The notes: generated by a model from the letters alone, not told the origin. Shown: positions 9,876 to 20,367, counted from the first letter of the stretch. The stretch: 64,000 bases of DNA from an uncultured candidatus Porisulfidus sp. (GCA_965204575.1 OZ241993.1:96001-160000); one strand, 5' to 3'. Program-made: numbers and translations.

Positions 9876-11345
9876 GATGAGGTTTCACGGATTTGTTTGG
9901 AATCCGTGCTAGAGTAAATCATCATGCACCGAGCCTCCCGCTACCGTCTGTATCCGAACCAGACGCATGAGCGGCAGTTCACTCGGCTGTGCGGGGCCGG
10001 CCGATTCGTCTACAACGAATTGCTGGCCAGCCAAATCCAAGAGTACAAGCGTTTCGAGGCCGGCGAGAGAGAAAGGCCGGGCACCTCCGAGTTTGACTTC
10101 GGAAGGCGGTATGCACGCCTGAAAGCACAGGAAGGTCACGAGTGGCTGCGGGAGCTGTCAGCCGTGGTCGTGCGCGGCACGGGGGCTTTCCCGCTGGGGT
10201 CGGCGTTCGCGCATTTCTCCCGTCGGATCCGGGAGAGCAAGTGCGGCAAGCAGGCCGGATTCCCCCGCTTCAAGGTCAAGGGCAAGAGCCGGGAGTCGTT
10301 TACGATCCCGGAGGACGTGAAGATCCGGAGCAAGCGGCTTTGGGTACCGAAGGTGGGCTGGATCCGGATGAACCGCAAGGCGCAATCGCGCACGCAGGGA
10401 GCCGACCCTTGGGACAGCGGCGAAGCCAAGACCGCGGTGGTGTACCGGGAGCTGGACAAATGGTACGTGTCGGTGCTGTGGGAGGTGCCAGACCCGGACT
10501 GGCGTTGGCACGGCGGGGTCTGCGGGATCGACCGCAACTCGGAGAACATCGCAGGGGCCTGGAGCGGCGGGCGGAGGCTGATCGAGATTCCGTATGAGCG
10601 AATCGGGAAGTACGAGGCGCGGGCCCGACACTACCAGTGGCGGGCGAGCCACCGGGAGCGGACCGAACTGAAGGATTCTGACGGAGAACCGGTGCGCACG
10701 AAGTCGGGCAAGAAGATCAAGGTGGCCTCGAACCGACGCCAGCGCTTGCAGTTGCGTGCGGCGAAGGCGAAGCGCAAGGCGGCGGAGATCCGCAAGGACT
10801 TCAGCCACCAGGCCTCGGCCGACCTGGCTCGGAACTTCCAGCACCTCGTGCTGGAGGACCTGGACGTGCAGGCGATGCGGCGCTCGGTGCGGGGGACGAA
10901 GGAAAAGCCAGGGCGGCGCGTGAAGGCGAAGACGGCGCTGAACCGGAAGATGGTGCAGTTCTCTTGCATGGGAATGGTGGACCGCTTTCTCCAGTACAAG
11001 GCGGCAGATCTCATCCGGGTGCCGGCGCGGAACACCAGCCAGGCCTGCGCGGAGTGCGGGCACACCGAACAAGGCAACCGGAAGGAGCAGGCGCACTTCA
11101 AGTGCCTGGCCTGCGGGCACACGGACAATGCGGACATCAATGCCGCACGAAACATCCTGGACCTGGGATTGAACAGGCTCCTGGCCGGAGGCGCTCCGGT
11201 GACGGGACGGGGAGGGGACAACGAAGCGGGGGCATTCTTCTATGAGTGCCTAGTGGACACCGCCGATGATCCGTCAACGATGCAGTGGAACTACCGGGGC
11301 TCGCCCCCCGACTTCCACACAGAATCGTGAAGCGCCGTTAAGATG
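9872..11345 (+). mobile_element. non-autonomous tnpB element with 8-bp flanking direct repeat TTAAGATG and imperfect terminal inverted repeats
   Basis: TTAAGATG at 9872-9879 and 11338-11345; 9884-9902 matches the reverse complement of 11313-11331 at 15/19; no transposase gene inside. Confidence 0.7.
9924..11330 (+). CDS. tnpB: RNA-guided endonuclease TnpB
   Basis: YRLYP N-terminus, FPRFK, RuvC motifs GID / LEDL / NADINAARNI all intact, Zn finger CAECG...CLACG. Confidence 0.95.
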   Translation: MHRASRYRLYPNQTHERQFTRLCGAGRFVYNELLASQIQEYKRFEAGERERPGTSEFDFGRRYARLKAQEGHEWLRELSAVVVRGTGAFPLGSAFAHFSRRIRESKCGKQAGFPRFKVKGKSRESFTIPEDVKIRSKRLWVPKVGWIRMNRKAQSRTQGADPWDSGEAKTAVVYRELDKWYVSVLWEVPDPDWRWHGGVCGIDRNSENIAGAWSGGRRLIEIPYERIGKYEARARHYQWRASHRERTELKDSDGEPVRTKSGKKIKVASNRRQRLQLRAAKAKRKAAEIRKDFSHQASADLARNFQHLVLEDLDVQAMRRSVRGTKEKPGRRVKAKTALNRKMVQFSCMGMVDRFLQYKAADLIRVPARNTSQACAECGHTEQGNRKEQAHFKCLACGHTDNADINAARNILDLGLNRLLAGGAPVTGRGGDNEAGAFFYECLVDTADDPSTMQWNYRGSPPDFHTES

Positions 11346-11390
11346 CCGTAAACCGGACGACGGTACACAACGAGCGGGGTTCTGGTTCAC

Positions 11391-12464
11391 ATGCCTACTT
11401 CAATCTCGAAGAGTCTGCAAGACTGTGACAGCGACCTCGCCTATCAGGACGCTATTTTGCAAGGTGTTTCCCGCACCTTTGCTCTCACGATCCCCCGGCT
11501 TCCCGATGCATTGCGCGACGTGGTGGGCAATGCCTATCTCCTGTGCCGGATTACAGACACCATCGAAGATGAACCAAGCCTGCCCTCGGAACAAAAACAA
11601 ATATTCTCGGAGCGCTTCATCGATGTCGTCGCCGGCCGTGAAAGCGTAGAACCCTTCGCACGGGAACTCGGTTCCTCGCTGTCCGCATCGACCACCGAGG
11701 ACGAACATGATCTGATCGCCAATACCGACCGGGTTATCCGGATTACTCATGGATTCCGCCCCAACCAGCGGAAGATCCTTGAGCGTTGCGTGGAAACCAT
11801 GGCGCGGGGAATGTCCGAATTCCAGCGGAACGCAACTTCCGACGGCCTGGAAGACCTGTCCCACCTTGATCGCTATTGCTACTATGTCGCCGGGGTCGTC
11901 GGCGAGATGCTGACGGAACTCTTTTGTGACTACTCCGCAGAGATAAATGAACGGCGCGAGGAGCTTCTCGCGTTGTCGGTCTCGTTCGGGCAAGGGTTGC
12001 AGATGACGAACATCCTCAAGGACATGTGGGAAGACCGACGCCGTGGAGCCTGTTGGTTGCCGCGTGATGTCTTCCAGGCCGCGGGGTACGATTTGAGTGC
12101 CATGTCCGCTGGGGAAACCAATCCCGCTTTCGCCAAGGGATTGTCCGAACTCGTGGCGGTCGCCCGCTGCCACCTGGAAAACGCACTCCGGTTCATTACC
12201 CTTATCCCTCGCCACGAAACCGGCATTCGCCTGCACTGCCTGTGGGCATTGGGAATGGCCGTTCTGACCCTGCGCCGCATTCATGCAACCCCCGCTTTCC
12301 ATAGCGGGCAGGAGGTGAAAATCTCGCGCCGCAGCGTGCGCGCCGTTGTCGCCGTCACCAACGCATCGGTCCGCTCCAACCTGGCTTTGAAGGCACTCTT
12401 CGGGGCACTGGCCTCCAGGCTTCCGCGCAGTCAGGTGGACTGCCTCCCGCAAGCGCAACCGTGA
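11391..12464 (+). CDS. squalene/phytoene synthase family, single-enzyme squalene synthase type
   Basis: [54 protein letters not shown]. Confidence 0.85.
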   Translation: MPTSISKSLQDCDSDLAYQDAILQGVSRTFALTIPRLPDALRDVVGNAYLLCRITDTIEDEPSLPSEQKQIFSERFIDVVAGRESVEPFARELGSSLSASTTEDEHDLIANTDRVIRITHGFRPNQRKILERCVETMARGMSEFQRNATSDGLEDLSHLDRYCYYVAGVVGEMLTELFCDYSAEINERREELLALSVSFGQGLQMTNILKDMWEDRRRGACWLPRDVFQAAGYDLSAMSAGETNPAFAKGLSELVAVARCHLENALRFITLIPRHETGIRLHCLWALGMAVLTLRRIHATPAFHSGQEVKISRRSVRAVVAVTNASVRSNLALKALFGALASRLPRSQVDCLPQAQP

Positions 12465-12529
12465 CGAGCTGCCGCGTTTGGTACAAATCTGGCACAATGT
12501 AACTCTGAAAGCGGGGACTCACCACAAAC

Positions 12530-13495
12530 ATGATGAAGGTAATCCTGGCTCAACCACGCGGTTTTTGTGCCGGTGTTGATCGCGCCATCACCATCGTTGA
12601 GAAGGCGCTGGAGCTTCATGCCTCTCCCATTTACGTGCGGCATGAAATTGTCCATAACCGTAGGGTTGTAGAGAATCTGGAGGCGAAAGGCGTCGAGTTC
12701 GTGGACGAAATCGAACAAATCCCGGATGAGGCGGTAGCCGTGTTCAGTGCCCATGGCGTGTCGCAGAAAGTGGAGCAGGATGCCTCGCGGCGGAACCTTC
12801 GATCCATCGACGCCACGTGCCCTCTGGTTTCGAAAGTTCACAAGGAAGGGCAGCGTTATGCTGCGCAAGGCTACGACATCATCCTGATCGGACATGAAAA
12901 CCACCCCGAGGTGGAGGGCACTCTCGGTCGGATCTCGGGACCCGTTTTCTTGGTCAGCACCGTAGAGGATGTCGAAACTCTTGAAGTGCAAAACCCGGAG
13001 AAAGTCGCCTATATCACCCAAACCACTTTGTCGGTCGACGATACGCGGGAGATCATCGAGGCATTGCGCAAACGTTTCCCGGATATTGCCGGGCCGGACG
13101 TCAAGGACATTTGCTACGCCACCCAGAATCGCCAGGCCGCCGTGCGTGCACTTGCCGAGCAGGTGGATCTGATTCTCGTGGTCGGGGCGAAGAACAGTTC
13201 CAATTCCAATCGCTTGTGCGAAGTTGCGTCCGACATCGGGGTCTCCAGTTACCTGATCGAAGATCCCTCGATGATTGATCCTGAATGGCTGCGCGGGAAA
13301 GAGGCGGTCGGGATTACCGCCGGGGCCTCGACCCCCGAGGAGTTGGTGCAAGACGTCATTGAAACGTTGCGGAAACACGCCGAACTGGAAGTCTCCACAA
13401 TGGACGGAATCGAGGAAAACGTACGTTTCCCTCTCCCCCCTTCTTTACATCAGGCAGCCAAGAGAAAAGCAGGTTCGACCGGGAAAGTGACATAA
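12530..13495 (+). CDS. ispH: 4-hydroxy-3-methylbut-2-enyl diphosphate reductase
   Basis: [35 protein letters not shown]. Confidence 0.97.
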   Translation: MMKVILAQPRGFCAGVDRAITIVEKALELHASPIYVRHEIVHNRRVVENLEAKGVEFVDEIEQIPDEAVAVFSAHGVSQKVEQDASRRNLRSIDATCPLVSKVHKEGQRYAAQGYDIILIGHENHPEVEGTLGRISGPVFLVSTVEDVETLEVQNPEKVAYITQTTLSVDDTREIIEALRKRFPDIAGPDVKDICYATQNRQAAVRALAEQVDLILVVGAKNSSNSNRLCEVASDIGVSSYLIEDPSMIDPEWLRGKEAVGITAGASTPEELVQDVIETLRKHAELEVSTMDGIEENVRFPLPPSLHQAAKRKAGSTGKVT

Positions 13496-13602
13496 GGCGG
13501 CAAATACGCCGGCCGGATTTCCCAATATTCCTTCCCCGAATTTTTTATCGGCTTCATGCCGGGCGGGCATTTCATTTTCGGCCTGCGCGGGAGGAATGCC
13601 GG

Positions 13603-14418
13603 TCACCGCTGACATCGCCGGCAGTAAAAACTTGAGCGTTGCCCGATTACCCGGCTGCGCACCGGCTCCCCGCACCGGGGGCATGCCTCGCCGGCCCGCC
13701 CGTATACCTGGAGTTCCTGTGCAAAATAGCCCGGTTCCCCTTCCGCCTTCGTAAAATCCCTCAACGTCGTCCCGCCCGCTTTTATCGCCTGAGTCAGGAC
13801 CGCCCTTGCGGCCTCGGCCAGCCGTCGGTAGCGATTCAGGCCAACCCGTCCGGCAGCGCGAACCGGCGAGATTCCTGCTTCGAACAATGCCTCGCTGGCA
13901 TAGATGTTGCCCAGACCCACCACGATTTTCGAATCCATCAGGAAGTTCTTGACGGCACCGGAACGTCCCCGCGACCGGGCATACAGCCATTCCCCGCTGA
14001 ATTCTTCTCCCAGGGGTTCCGGGCCGAGGTTCCTCAGCAATCGATGCCGCAGCGGATCGGCACGGGTCCAATGCAGGCTGCCAAACCGCCGCGGATCCCG
14101 GAATCGCAACGTGGCGCCCTTCTTCAGGCAGACATCGACATGGTCGTGCGTGCCCGGCGGAGGAGGATTCTTGAGGACCCGAAACGAGCCCGACATTCCC
14201 AAGTGCCAGATCAGGTGTCCGTCGTCCAGTTCAATCAACAAATACTTGGCCCGGCGATCGACTGCATGGACACGCTGGTTTGTTGCCACGCCCGGAAGCG
14301 TCCGACTGATCGGCCAGCGTAACTGCCGTTGCCGGATGACCATCCGGTCGATGACTTCTCCAACCAGGTGCGGCGCAATTCCGCGGCGCACCGTTTCGAC
14401 TTCCGGCAGTTCCGGCAT
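13603..14418 (-). CDS. mutM: formamidopyrimidine-DNA glycosylase
   Basis: MPELPEVE, HLGMSG, GNIYASE, C-terminal Zn finger. Confidence 0.97.
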   Translation of the reverse strand: MPELPEVETVRRGIAPHLVGEVIDRMVIRQRQLRWPISRTLPGVATNQRVHAVDRRAKYLLIELDDGHLIWHLGMSGSFRVLKNPPPPGTHDHVDVCLKKGATLRFRDPRRFGSLHWTRADPLRHRLLRNLGPEPLGEEFSGEWLYARSRGRSGAVKNFLMDSKIVVGLGNIYASEALFEAGISPVRAAGRVGLNRYRRLAEAARAVLTQAIKAGGTTLRDFTKAEGEPGYFAQELQVYGRAGEACPRCGEPVRSRVIGQRSSFYCRRCQR

Positions 14419-15110
14419 CAGCAGCCCACCGGGATCGTCGCGAAGGTGGCCATCAAGTGGCGGGCCTGCTTCTCATTGAGCCATTGTTCGTGCCGGGTCT
14501 GCCAGACCGGCACCTCGCCAAGACGGCTTTCGAGGACGGGGAGATTCCCGAAATCCCCGGTACCCGGTCTTATTTGGTTGAGAATGACGCCCGCCAGCTG
14601 GCAGTGCGACTTCTGCACCGCTTCGCAGGTCAACAGAACCTGATTGATCGCACCCAGCCGATCCTCGGCCACGACCAGGACCGGCAATCCCAGCTCCGAA
14701 GCGAGCGCCTGGACGTCCCCGTCCTCTGCCAAGGGCGTCCTCCATCCCCCTGCCCCCTCGACGACCAGCAGCCCTTCCCGGCGGCAGAAGTCGACCAGGT
14801 CCTGCAACCGATATTCCACCCCCTCCTGCCGTGCCGCCAGCATCGGCGCAATCGGGGTGCGCAACTTGTAACGCACCACCGGCTCCGTCTTCGCCAATCG
14901 CGCTGCCTCGCGCAGAGCCTCTGCATCCTGCGCCCGCAATTCCTCGCCGGAAGCCCCATCGATTGCCACGCACCCGGATTCCACGGGCTTCAGGGGGCGA
15001 ACCTCCGGCACCTGCCCGTGCAAATCCCGGATCAAATGGGCCGCAGCCCATGTTTTCCCCACCCCGGTATCGGTTCCCGTCACGAAAATACCGCGCAAAT
15101 CGGAACACAT
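14418..15110 (-). CDS. bioD: dethiobiotin synthetase
   Basis: FVTGTDTGVGKT, KPVESG, VEGAGG, LGAIN; start estimated at 15110. Confidence 0.93.
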   Translation of the reverse strand: MCSDLRGIFVTGTDTGVGKTWAAAHLIRDLHGQVPEVRPLKPVESGCVAIDGASGEELRAQDAEALREAARLAKTEPVVRYKLRTPIAPMLAARQEGVEYRLQDLVDFCRREGLLVVEGAGGWRTPLAEDGDVQALASELGLPVLVVAEDRLGAINQVLLTCEAVQKSHCQLAGVILNQIRPGTGDFGNLPVLESRLGEVPVWQTRHEQWLNEKQARHLMATFATIPVGC

Positions 15111-15162
15111 CACATATAATTCAAGTTTGACCTGAAGGTCGATCAATTTTACGCCTGTCTTC

Positions 15163-16398
15163 ATGAACGAGCCGGATTCCATGTTCTCCCCCCGCCGAAA
15201 ATCCGTTGCAGTACGGATTGGCTCGGTCACGCTCGGTGCCGGCCATCCCATTGCCGTGCAATCCATGACCGACACTCCCACCGCCGATGTCGCCGCGACG
15301 GTGGCGCAAGTCGAGGCCTTGACGCGTGCGGGCTCCGAACTGGTCCGGTTGACGGTCAATGACCGTGACGCGGCGGCGGCCGTCCCCCAGGTTCGCGAAC
15401 AACTGGACAAGCGTGGGGTTGCCGTCCCCCTGATCGGGGATTTCCACTACAACGGGCACAAGCTCCTGGCAGAATTCCCGGAATGCGCTGAAACCCTGGA
15501 CAAGTACCGCGTAAATCCAGGAAATGTCGGGCGCGGCAGTTCGCGCGACCCGCACTTCACGCAATTCATCGAACTCGCCTGCCGCCATCAGAAACCCGTG
15601 CGGATCGGCGTCAATTGGGGAAGCCTTGATGCAGCATTGCTGACCGAGCTGATGGACGAGAATGCCAAGCTCGATTCCCCTCTGGATGCCGAAGCGGTCC
15701 AGCGCGAGGCGATGGTTCAGTCGGCATTGCGAAGCGCTGCCCGAGCCGAGGAGATCGGCCTGCCGCACGACGCGATCGTGCTGTCCTGCAAGATGAGCCG
15801 GGTCCCCTTGGTGGTCCAGGTGTACACCGAGCTCGCCCAGCGCTGCGACTATCCGTTGCATCTGGGATTGACCGAAGCCGGCATGGGCACTCGCGCGGTC
15901 GTCTCGACCAGCGCGGCACTGGCCCTGCTCCTGCAGCGCGGAATCGGGGACACGCTGCGGGTATCGCTGACGCCGGAACCGGGCGGAGAGAGAACCGCAG
16001 AAGTCCGAGTCGCCTGCGACCTGCTGCAGAGCATGAACCTGCGCCACTTCATGCCGGCCGTGACGGCCTGCCCCGGCTGCGGCCGGACCAGCAGCGACTA
16101 TTTCCAGCGGTTGGCTCAAGACATCGAACGCTACATCGCCAAGCAGATGCCCGTGTGGAAGAAACAGTACCCGGGGGTCGAGAACCTGAACGTGGCGGTG
16201 ATGGGCTGTGTCGTCAACGGTCCAGGCGAAAGCCGCCATGCCGACATCGGAATCAGTCTGCCCGGCTCCAATGAGAACCCCAGTGCGCCCGTTTACATCG
16301 ACGGCGAACGGGTCTGCACCCTGAGCGGAGAGCGCATCGCGGAAGAATTCCAGGAAATGCTTCTGGACTACGTGGAAAAGAGATACGCGTCCGTATAA
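15163..16398 (+). CDS. ispG: (E)-4-hydroxy-3-methylbut-2-enyl-diphosphate synthase
   Basis: [39 protein letters not shown]. Confidence 0.97.
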   Translation: MNEPDSMFSPRRKSVAVRIGSVTLGAGHPIAVQSMTDTPTADVAATVAQVEALTRAGSELVRLTVNDRDAAAAVPQVREQLDKRGVAVPLIGDFHYNGHKLLAEFPECAETLDKYRVNPGNVGRGSSRDPHFTQFIELACRHQKPVRIGVNWGSLDAALLTELMDENAKLDSPLDAEAVQREAMVQSALRSAARAEEIGLPHDAIVLSCKMSRVPLVVQVYTELAQRCDYPLHLGLTEAGMGTRAVVSTSAALALLLQRGIGDTLRVSLTPEPGGERTAEVRVACDLLQSMNLRHFMPAVTACPGCGRTSSDYFQRLAQDIERYIAKQMPVWKKQYPGVENLNVAVMGCVVNGPGESRHADIGISLPGSNENPSAPVYIDGERVCTLSGERIAEEFQEMLLDYVEKRYASV

Positions 16399-16432
16399 TC
16401 TTGGAAACTGAGCACATACCGCTTGCCCTTTC

Positions 16433-16969
16433 ATGAGCGTCCGAACTTTCGAGGACCACGCGCCCCGCATCGCCAATTCTGCCTACGTGGATGAACACGC
16501 GCTGGTCATCGGCGACGTGCACCTGGGCGAGGACAGCTCGGTCTGGCCGATGTCGGTCGTTCGCGGCGACGTCAACTCGATCCGAATCGGAGCGCGGACC
16601 AACATCCAGGATGGCAGCGTCGTGCATGTCACGCATGACTGCGAATATTCCCCGGGCGGCTATGCCGTCACCATTGGAGACGACGTGACGGTGGGCCACC
16701 GGGTCATCGCCCACGCCTGTGAAATCGGTGATCGCTGCCTGATCGGGATGGGCTCCATAATCCTGGATGGCGCCGTCATCGAGCCCGACAGCATGATCGG
16801 CGCCGGTTGCCTGGTGCCTCCCGGGAAACGCCTTGAAGGCGGCTGCCTCTGGATTGGCAGCCCGGCCCGGAAGCTTCGCGAACTGAGTCCCGAAGAACTT
16901 GAATTCCTGCGATATTCCGCGGCTCACTACGTCGACAACAAGAACCGTCACAAAGCTGAATGCTCCTGA
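16433..16969 (+). CDS. gamma carbonic anhydrase-like protein (YrdA family)
   Basis: hexapeptide repeats, RGDVNSIRIG.RTNIQD, VTVGH...LIGMGS. Confidence 0.9.
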   Translation: MSVRTFEDHAPRIANSAYVDEHALVIGDVHLGEDSSVWPMSVVRGDVNSIRIGARTNIQDGSVVHVTHDCEYSPGGYAVTIGDDVTVGHRVIAHACEIGDRCLIGMGSIILDGAVIEPDSMIGAGCLVPPGKRLEGGCLWIGSPARKLRELSPEELEFLRYSAAHYVDNKNRHKAECS

Positions 16970-16982
16970 AAGGACCTGAAAC

Positions 16983-18278
16983 ATGAGCGAAACCAAGCCT
17001 CAAGGCCTGCACACCCGGGCCATTCATGCCGGCGCCTCGCCGGATCCGACCACCGGTGCCCGGGTCACCCCGATCCACCAGTCCGTCGCTTTCGTCTTTC
17101 GGGATGTCGAGCATGCGGCCAATCTGTTCAACCTGGACGAGGCCGGATTCATTTATTCACGCCTGACCAATCCGACGGTCAATGCCCTGCAGGATCGCAT
17201 GGCCGACCTGGAAGGCGGAGTGGGCGCGGTCTGCACGGCCTCCGGCCACGCGGCGCAGATGCTGGCCTTGTTCGGCCTGATGAAGGCTGGCGACGAATTC
17301 GTCGCCTCCAACAAGCTTTACGGCGGTTCCATCACCCAGTTCGGGCATGCCTTCACCCGCTTCGGCTGGAAAGTCGTGTTCGTCGACCCGGATGATCCGG
17401 ACAACGTGCGCCGGGCCTGCAACGAACGCACCCGCGCCGTGTTCAGCGAGAGCCTGGCCAACCCCGGTGGCACGATGTGCGACGTACAGGGGCTTGCCGA
17501 TGCCGCGCACGAGAACGGCGTCCCGCTCATCATCGACAACACGCTGGCCACGCCCGTGCTGTGCAACCCGATCGAGTACGGTGCCGACCTGGTGGTGCAC
17601 TCCACCACCAAGTTCCTGTCCGGCCACGGCAATGCAATCGGCGGCGTGGTCATTGATTCCGGCAAGTTCGACTGGTCCACCAGCGATCACTACTCTCACC
17701 TGACGGACCCCAACCCGGCCTACCACGGGATGTCGTTCGTCGACAAGTTCGGGGACCTCGCCTATACGGTGTATTCCATCGCCGTCAGCCTGCGCGATCT
17801 TGGCCCGACCATGTCGCCGATGAATGCCTATCTCACGCTGAACGGAATCGAAACCCTGCCGCTTCGGATGCGCCAGCACAGCGACAACTCCCTGGCCGTC
17901 GCCCAGTGGCTGGAACAGAACCCGAAAGTTGAATGGGTGTCCTACGCGGGCCTGCCGTCCAGCCCCTACTACGAATTGGCTCAGCGCTATTGCCCCGAAG
18001 GAGCAGGCTCGGTCTTCACTTTTGGGGTGCGGGGCGGCTACGAAAGCGGCGTGAAAGTGGTCGAGAGCGTGAAACTGTTCTCGCACCTGGCCAACATCGG
18101 CGACACTCGTTCGCTGATTGTGCACCCCGCTTCGACCACACACCGCCAGCTCAGCGACGAACAGAAAGCCGCCGCCAGCGCTGGCCCGGAAGTCATCCGC
18201 CTGTCCATCGGGATCGAAGATGCCGACGACATCATCGCCGACCTGGATCAGGCACTGGAAATCGCAGTTGGAGAATAA
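16983..18278 (+). CDS. metY: O-acetylhomoserine aminocarboxypropyltransferase (sulfhydrylase)
   Basis: YSRLTNPT, LYGG, DNT, HSTTKFLSGHG PLP lysine, HLANIGD...HPASTTH. Confidence 0.9.
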   Translation: MSETKPQGLHTRAIHAGASPDPTTGARVTPIHQSVAFVFRDVEHAANLFNLDEAGFIYSRLTNPTVNALQDRMADLEGGVGAVCTASGHAAQMLALFGLMKAGDEFVASNKLYGGSITQFGHAFTRFGWKVVFVDPDDPDNVRRACNERTRAVFSESLANPGGTMCDVQGLADAAHENGVPLIIDNTLATPVLCNPIEYGADLVVHSTTKFLSGHGNAIGGVVIDSGKFDWSTSDHYSHLTDPNPAYHGMSFVDKFGDLAYTVYSIAVSLRDLGPTMSPMNAYLTLNGIETLPLRMRQHSDNSLAVAQWLEQNPKVEWVSYAGLPSSPYYELAQRYCPEGAGSVFTFGVRGGYESGVKVVESVKLFSHLANIGDTRSLIVHPASTTHRQLSDEQKAAASAGPEVIRLSIGIEDADDIIADLDQALEIAVGE

Positions 18279-18280
18279 AA

Positions 18281-18676
18281 ATGAATCCGAATGAAGTCAT
18301 CGAAGCTTATTTCGCGGCTTGGGACGCGCATGACGGGCAGGCCGTGATCGACCTGTACGCCGAAGACGGCACGTACCAGGATCCGGCCACCGAAGGCCCG
18401 CTTTCAGGACAAGCAATCGGCGATTACGCCGAGGCCCTGTTCGCGGCCTTTCCCGACTTGAAGCTGGAACTGATCTCCCAGACGGATACCAGCATCGGCC
18501 AGATTGCCGTGCCCTGGCTACTGTTCGGCACGCACCAGGGACCGCTCGGCGAAATGGAGGCGACCGGAAAATCCGTGGCGATCCGGGGCTGCGACTACAT
18601 CGTGGTCGAGGACGGCAAGCTGAAGACCGTTTACGGTACGTTCAGCCTTCAGGAACTGATGGAGCAATTGTCCTAG
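18281..18676 (+). CDS. SnoaL-like ester cyclase / NTF2-fold protein
   Basis: YFAAWDAHD, YQDP, FAAFPDL, GTHQGPLG..ATGK. Confidence 0.8.
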   Translation: MNPNEVIEAYFAAWDAHDGQAVIDLYAEDGTYQDPATEGPLSGQAIGDYAEALFAAFPDLKLELISQTDTSIGQIAVPWLLFGTHQGPLGEMEATGKSVAIRGCDYIVVEDGKLKTVYGTFSLQELMEQLS

Positions 18677-18679
18677 TTC

Positions 18680-18877
18680 ATGCGCGTTACCGTCAACGGA
18701 GAAGCCCATACCCTCCCCGATGAGGCGACAGTCGAGGACCTGGCCCGGCATTTGCATGTAGAGGGCCGTATCGCGCTGGAAATCAACCACGAAGTCGTTC
18801 CACGATCCCGCTGGACCGGCCATGCCTTGCGCGAAGGCGACACCGTTGAAATCGTCCGGGCCATCGGAGGGGGCTGA
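18680..18877 (+). CDS. thiS: sulfur carrier protein ThiS
   Basis: VNGE, N.EVVPRS.W, C-terminal GGG. Confidence 0.95.
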   Translation: MRVTVNGEAHTLPDEATVEDLARHLHVEGRIALEINHEVVPRSRWTGHALREGDTVEIVRAIGGG

Positions 18878-18878
18878 C

Positions 18879-19664
18879 ATGTCCGACGACGATCCGCTGG
18901 TCATCGCAGGGCGATCCTACACGTCCCGCCTGCTGGTCGGCACCGGGAAATACCGGGATCTGGAGCAGACCCGCGATGCGGTCGCCGCCTCCGGGGCGGA
19001 AATCGTGACCGTGGCCCTGCGCCGCACCAACATCGGCCAAGACCCGGACGCGCCAAACCTTCTGGATGTGTTGCCGCCGGACGAATACACCATCCTGCCG
19101 AACACCGCGGGCTGCTACAACGCCGAGGACGCCATCCGCACCTGCCGCCTGGCCCGCGAACTGCTGGGCGATCACCGGCTGGTCAAGCTGGAGGTGCTGG
19201 GCGACCCGCGCACCCTGTACCCGGATGTCGCGCAAACCATCGTTGCAGCCGAGACGCTGGTCGTGGAAGGCTTCGAGGTGATGGTGTACACCAACGACGA
19301 TCCGGTCGTCGCGCGTCGCCTGGCGGAAATCGGCTGCGTTGCCGTGATGCCTTTGGCGGCACCGATCGGGTCGGGGCAAGGCATCCGCAACCCGGGCAAC
19401 CTGAGGGTCATCCTGGAGGAAGCCACGACGCCCATACTGGTGGATGCCGGCGTCGGCATTGCTTCCGATGCAGCCATCGCGATGGAACTCGGGTGCGACG
19501 GCGTGCTGATGAATACGGCGATTGCCGAAGCCGGAGACCCCGTGCGGATGGCCCAGGCGATGCGCCTGGCCGTGGAAGCGGGCCGGGTCGCCTGGCGGGC
19601 TGGACGCATGCCGGAGCGTCGCTTCGCTTCAAGCTCCAGCCCGACCGAGGGCACCCTGACGTGA
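18879..19664 (+). CDS. thiG: thiazole synthase
   Basis: [39 protein letters not shown]. Confidence 0.97.
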   Translation: MSDDDPLVIAGRSYTSRLLVGTGKYRDLEQTRDAVAASGAEIVTVALRRTNIGQDPDAPNLLDVLPPDEYTILPNTAGCYNAEDAIRTCRLARELLGDHRLVKLEVLGDPRTLYPDVAQTIVAAETLVVEGFEVMVYTNDDPVVARRLAEIGCVAVMPLAAPIGSGQGIRNPGNLRVILEEATTPILVDAGVGIASDAAIAMELGCDGVLMNTAIAEAGDPVRMAQAMRLAVEAGRVAWRAGRMPERRFASSSSPTEGTLT

Positions 19665-20350
19665 GCCGGGCCGCCGCCGAATTGCGGCGTCCGATCCGCT
19701 CCTTCGTCCACCGCGCCCGCAGCCTCACGAAGGCTCGGAAACAGGAATTCGAAGCCCTGTGGGAACGCTACGGAAGGGCGATTCCAGAGCAAGGATTCCA
19801 GCCGGAGGCCCTGTTCTCCCGAACCGGGCCGATTACGCTTGAGATCGGCTTCGGGCATGGCGAAGTGCTGCTGCACGAGGCCCAAACGTTCCCGCAACAC
19901 AACGTGCTCGGTATCGAAGTGTACCGGCCGGTGTTGTTTTCCGTCCTGCGAAAAGCGGAACAACTGGGGATCGACAATGTGCGCGTGCTCTCCGGAGACG
20001 CAGCCCTGTTGCTGCCGAGGTTTCCGGACCACTGCCTGCAACAGATCCGGATCCTGTTTCCGGATCCCTGGCCCAAACGCCGCCACTGGAAGCGCCGCCT
20101 GCTTCAGGATCGATTCATCACCGAATGCGCCCGCTGCCTCGTGCCCGGCGGTCTCCTTCACCTGGCGACCGACTGGCCGGACTACGCAAAACAGATCGAG
20201 CAGGTCGTAGAAAACGCCGGCTGCTGGCACCCTCGACCCGATGTGCCGAACCGACCCGAAACGCATTTCGAGCAGCGCGGCCTGCAGTTAGGGCATAAGG
20301 TCTGGGAGCGCGTCCTGGAACTCAAATCTCCCAATGCCGGGCAGGACTGA
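19661..20350 (+). CDS. trmB: tRNA (guanine-N7)-methyltransferase
   Basis: [29 protein letters not shown]; GTG start overlaps the thiG stop. Confidence 0.93.
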   Translation: MSRAAAELRRPIRSFVHRARSLTKARKQEFEALWERYGRAIPEQGFQPEALFSRTGPITLEIGFGHGEVLLHEAQTFPQHNVLGIEVYRPVLFSVLRKAEQLGIDNVRVLSGDAALLLPRFPDHCLQQIRILFPDPWPKRRHWKRRLLQDRFITECARCLVPGGLLHLATDWPDYAKQIEQVVENAGCWHPRPDVPNRPETHFEQRGLQLGHKVWERVLELKSPNAGQD

Positions 20351-20367
20351 AATCTGACCGGGAAGCC

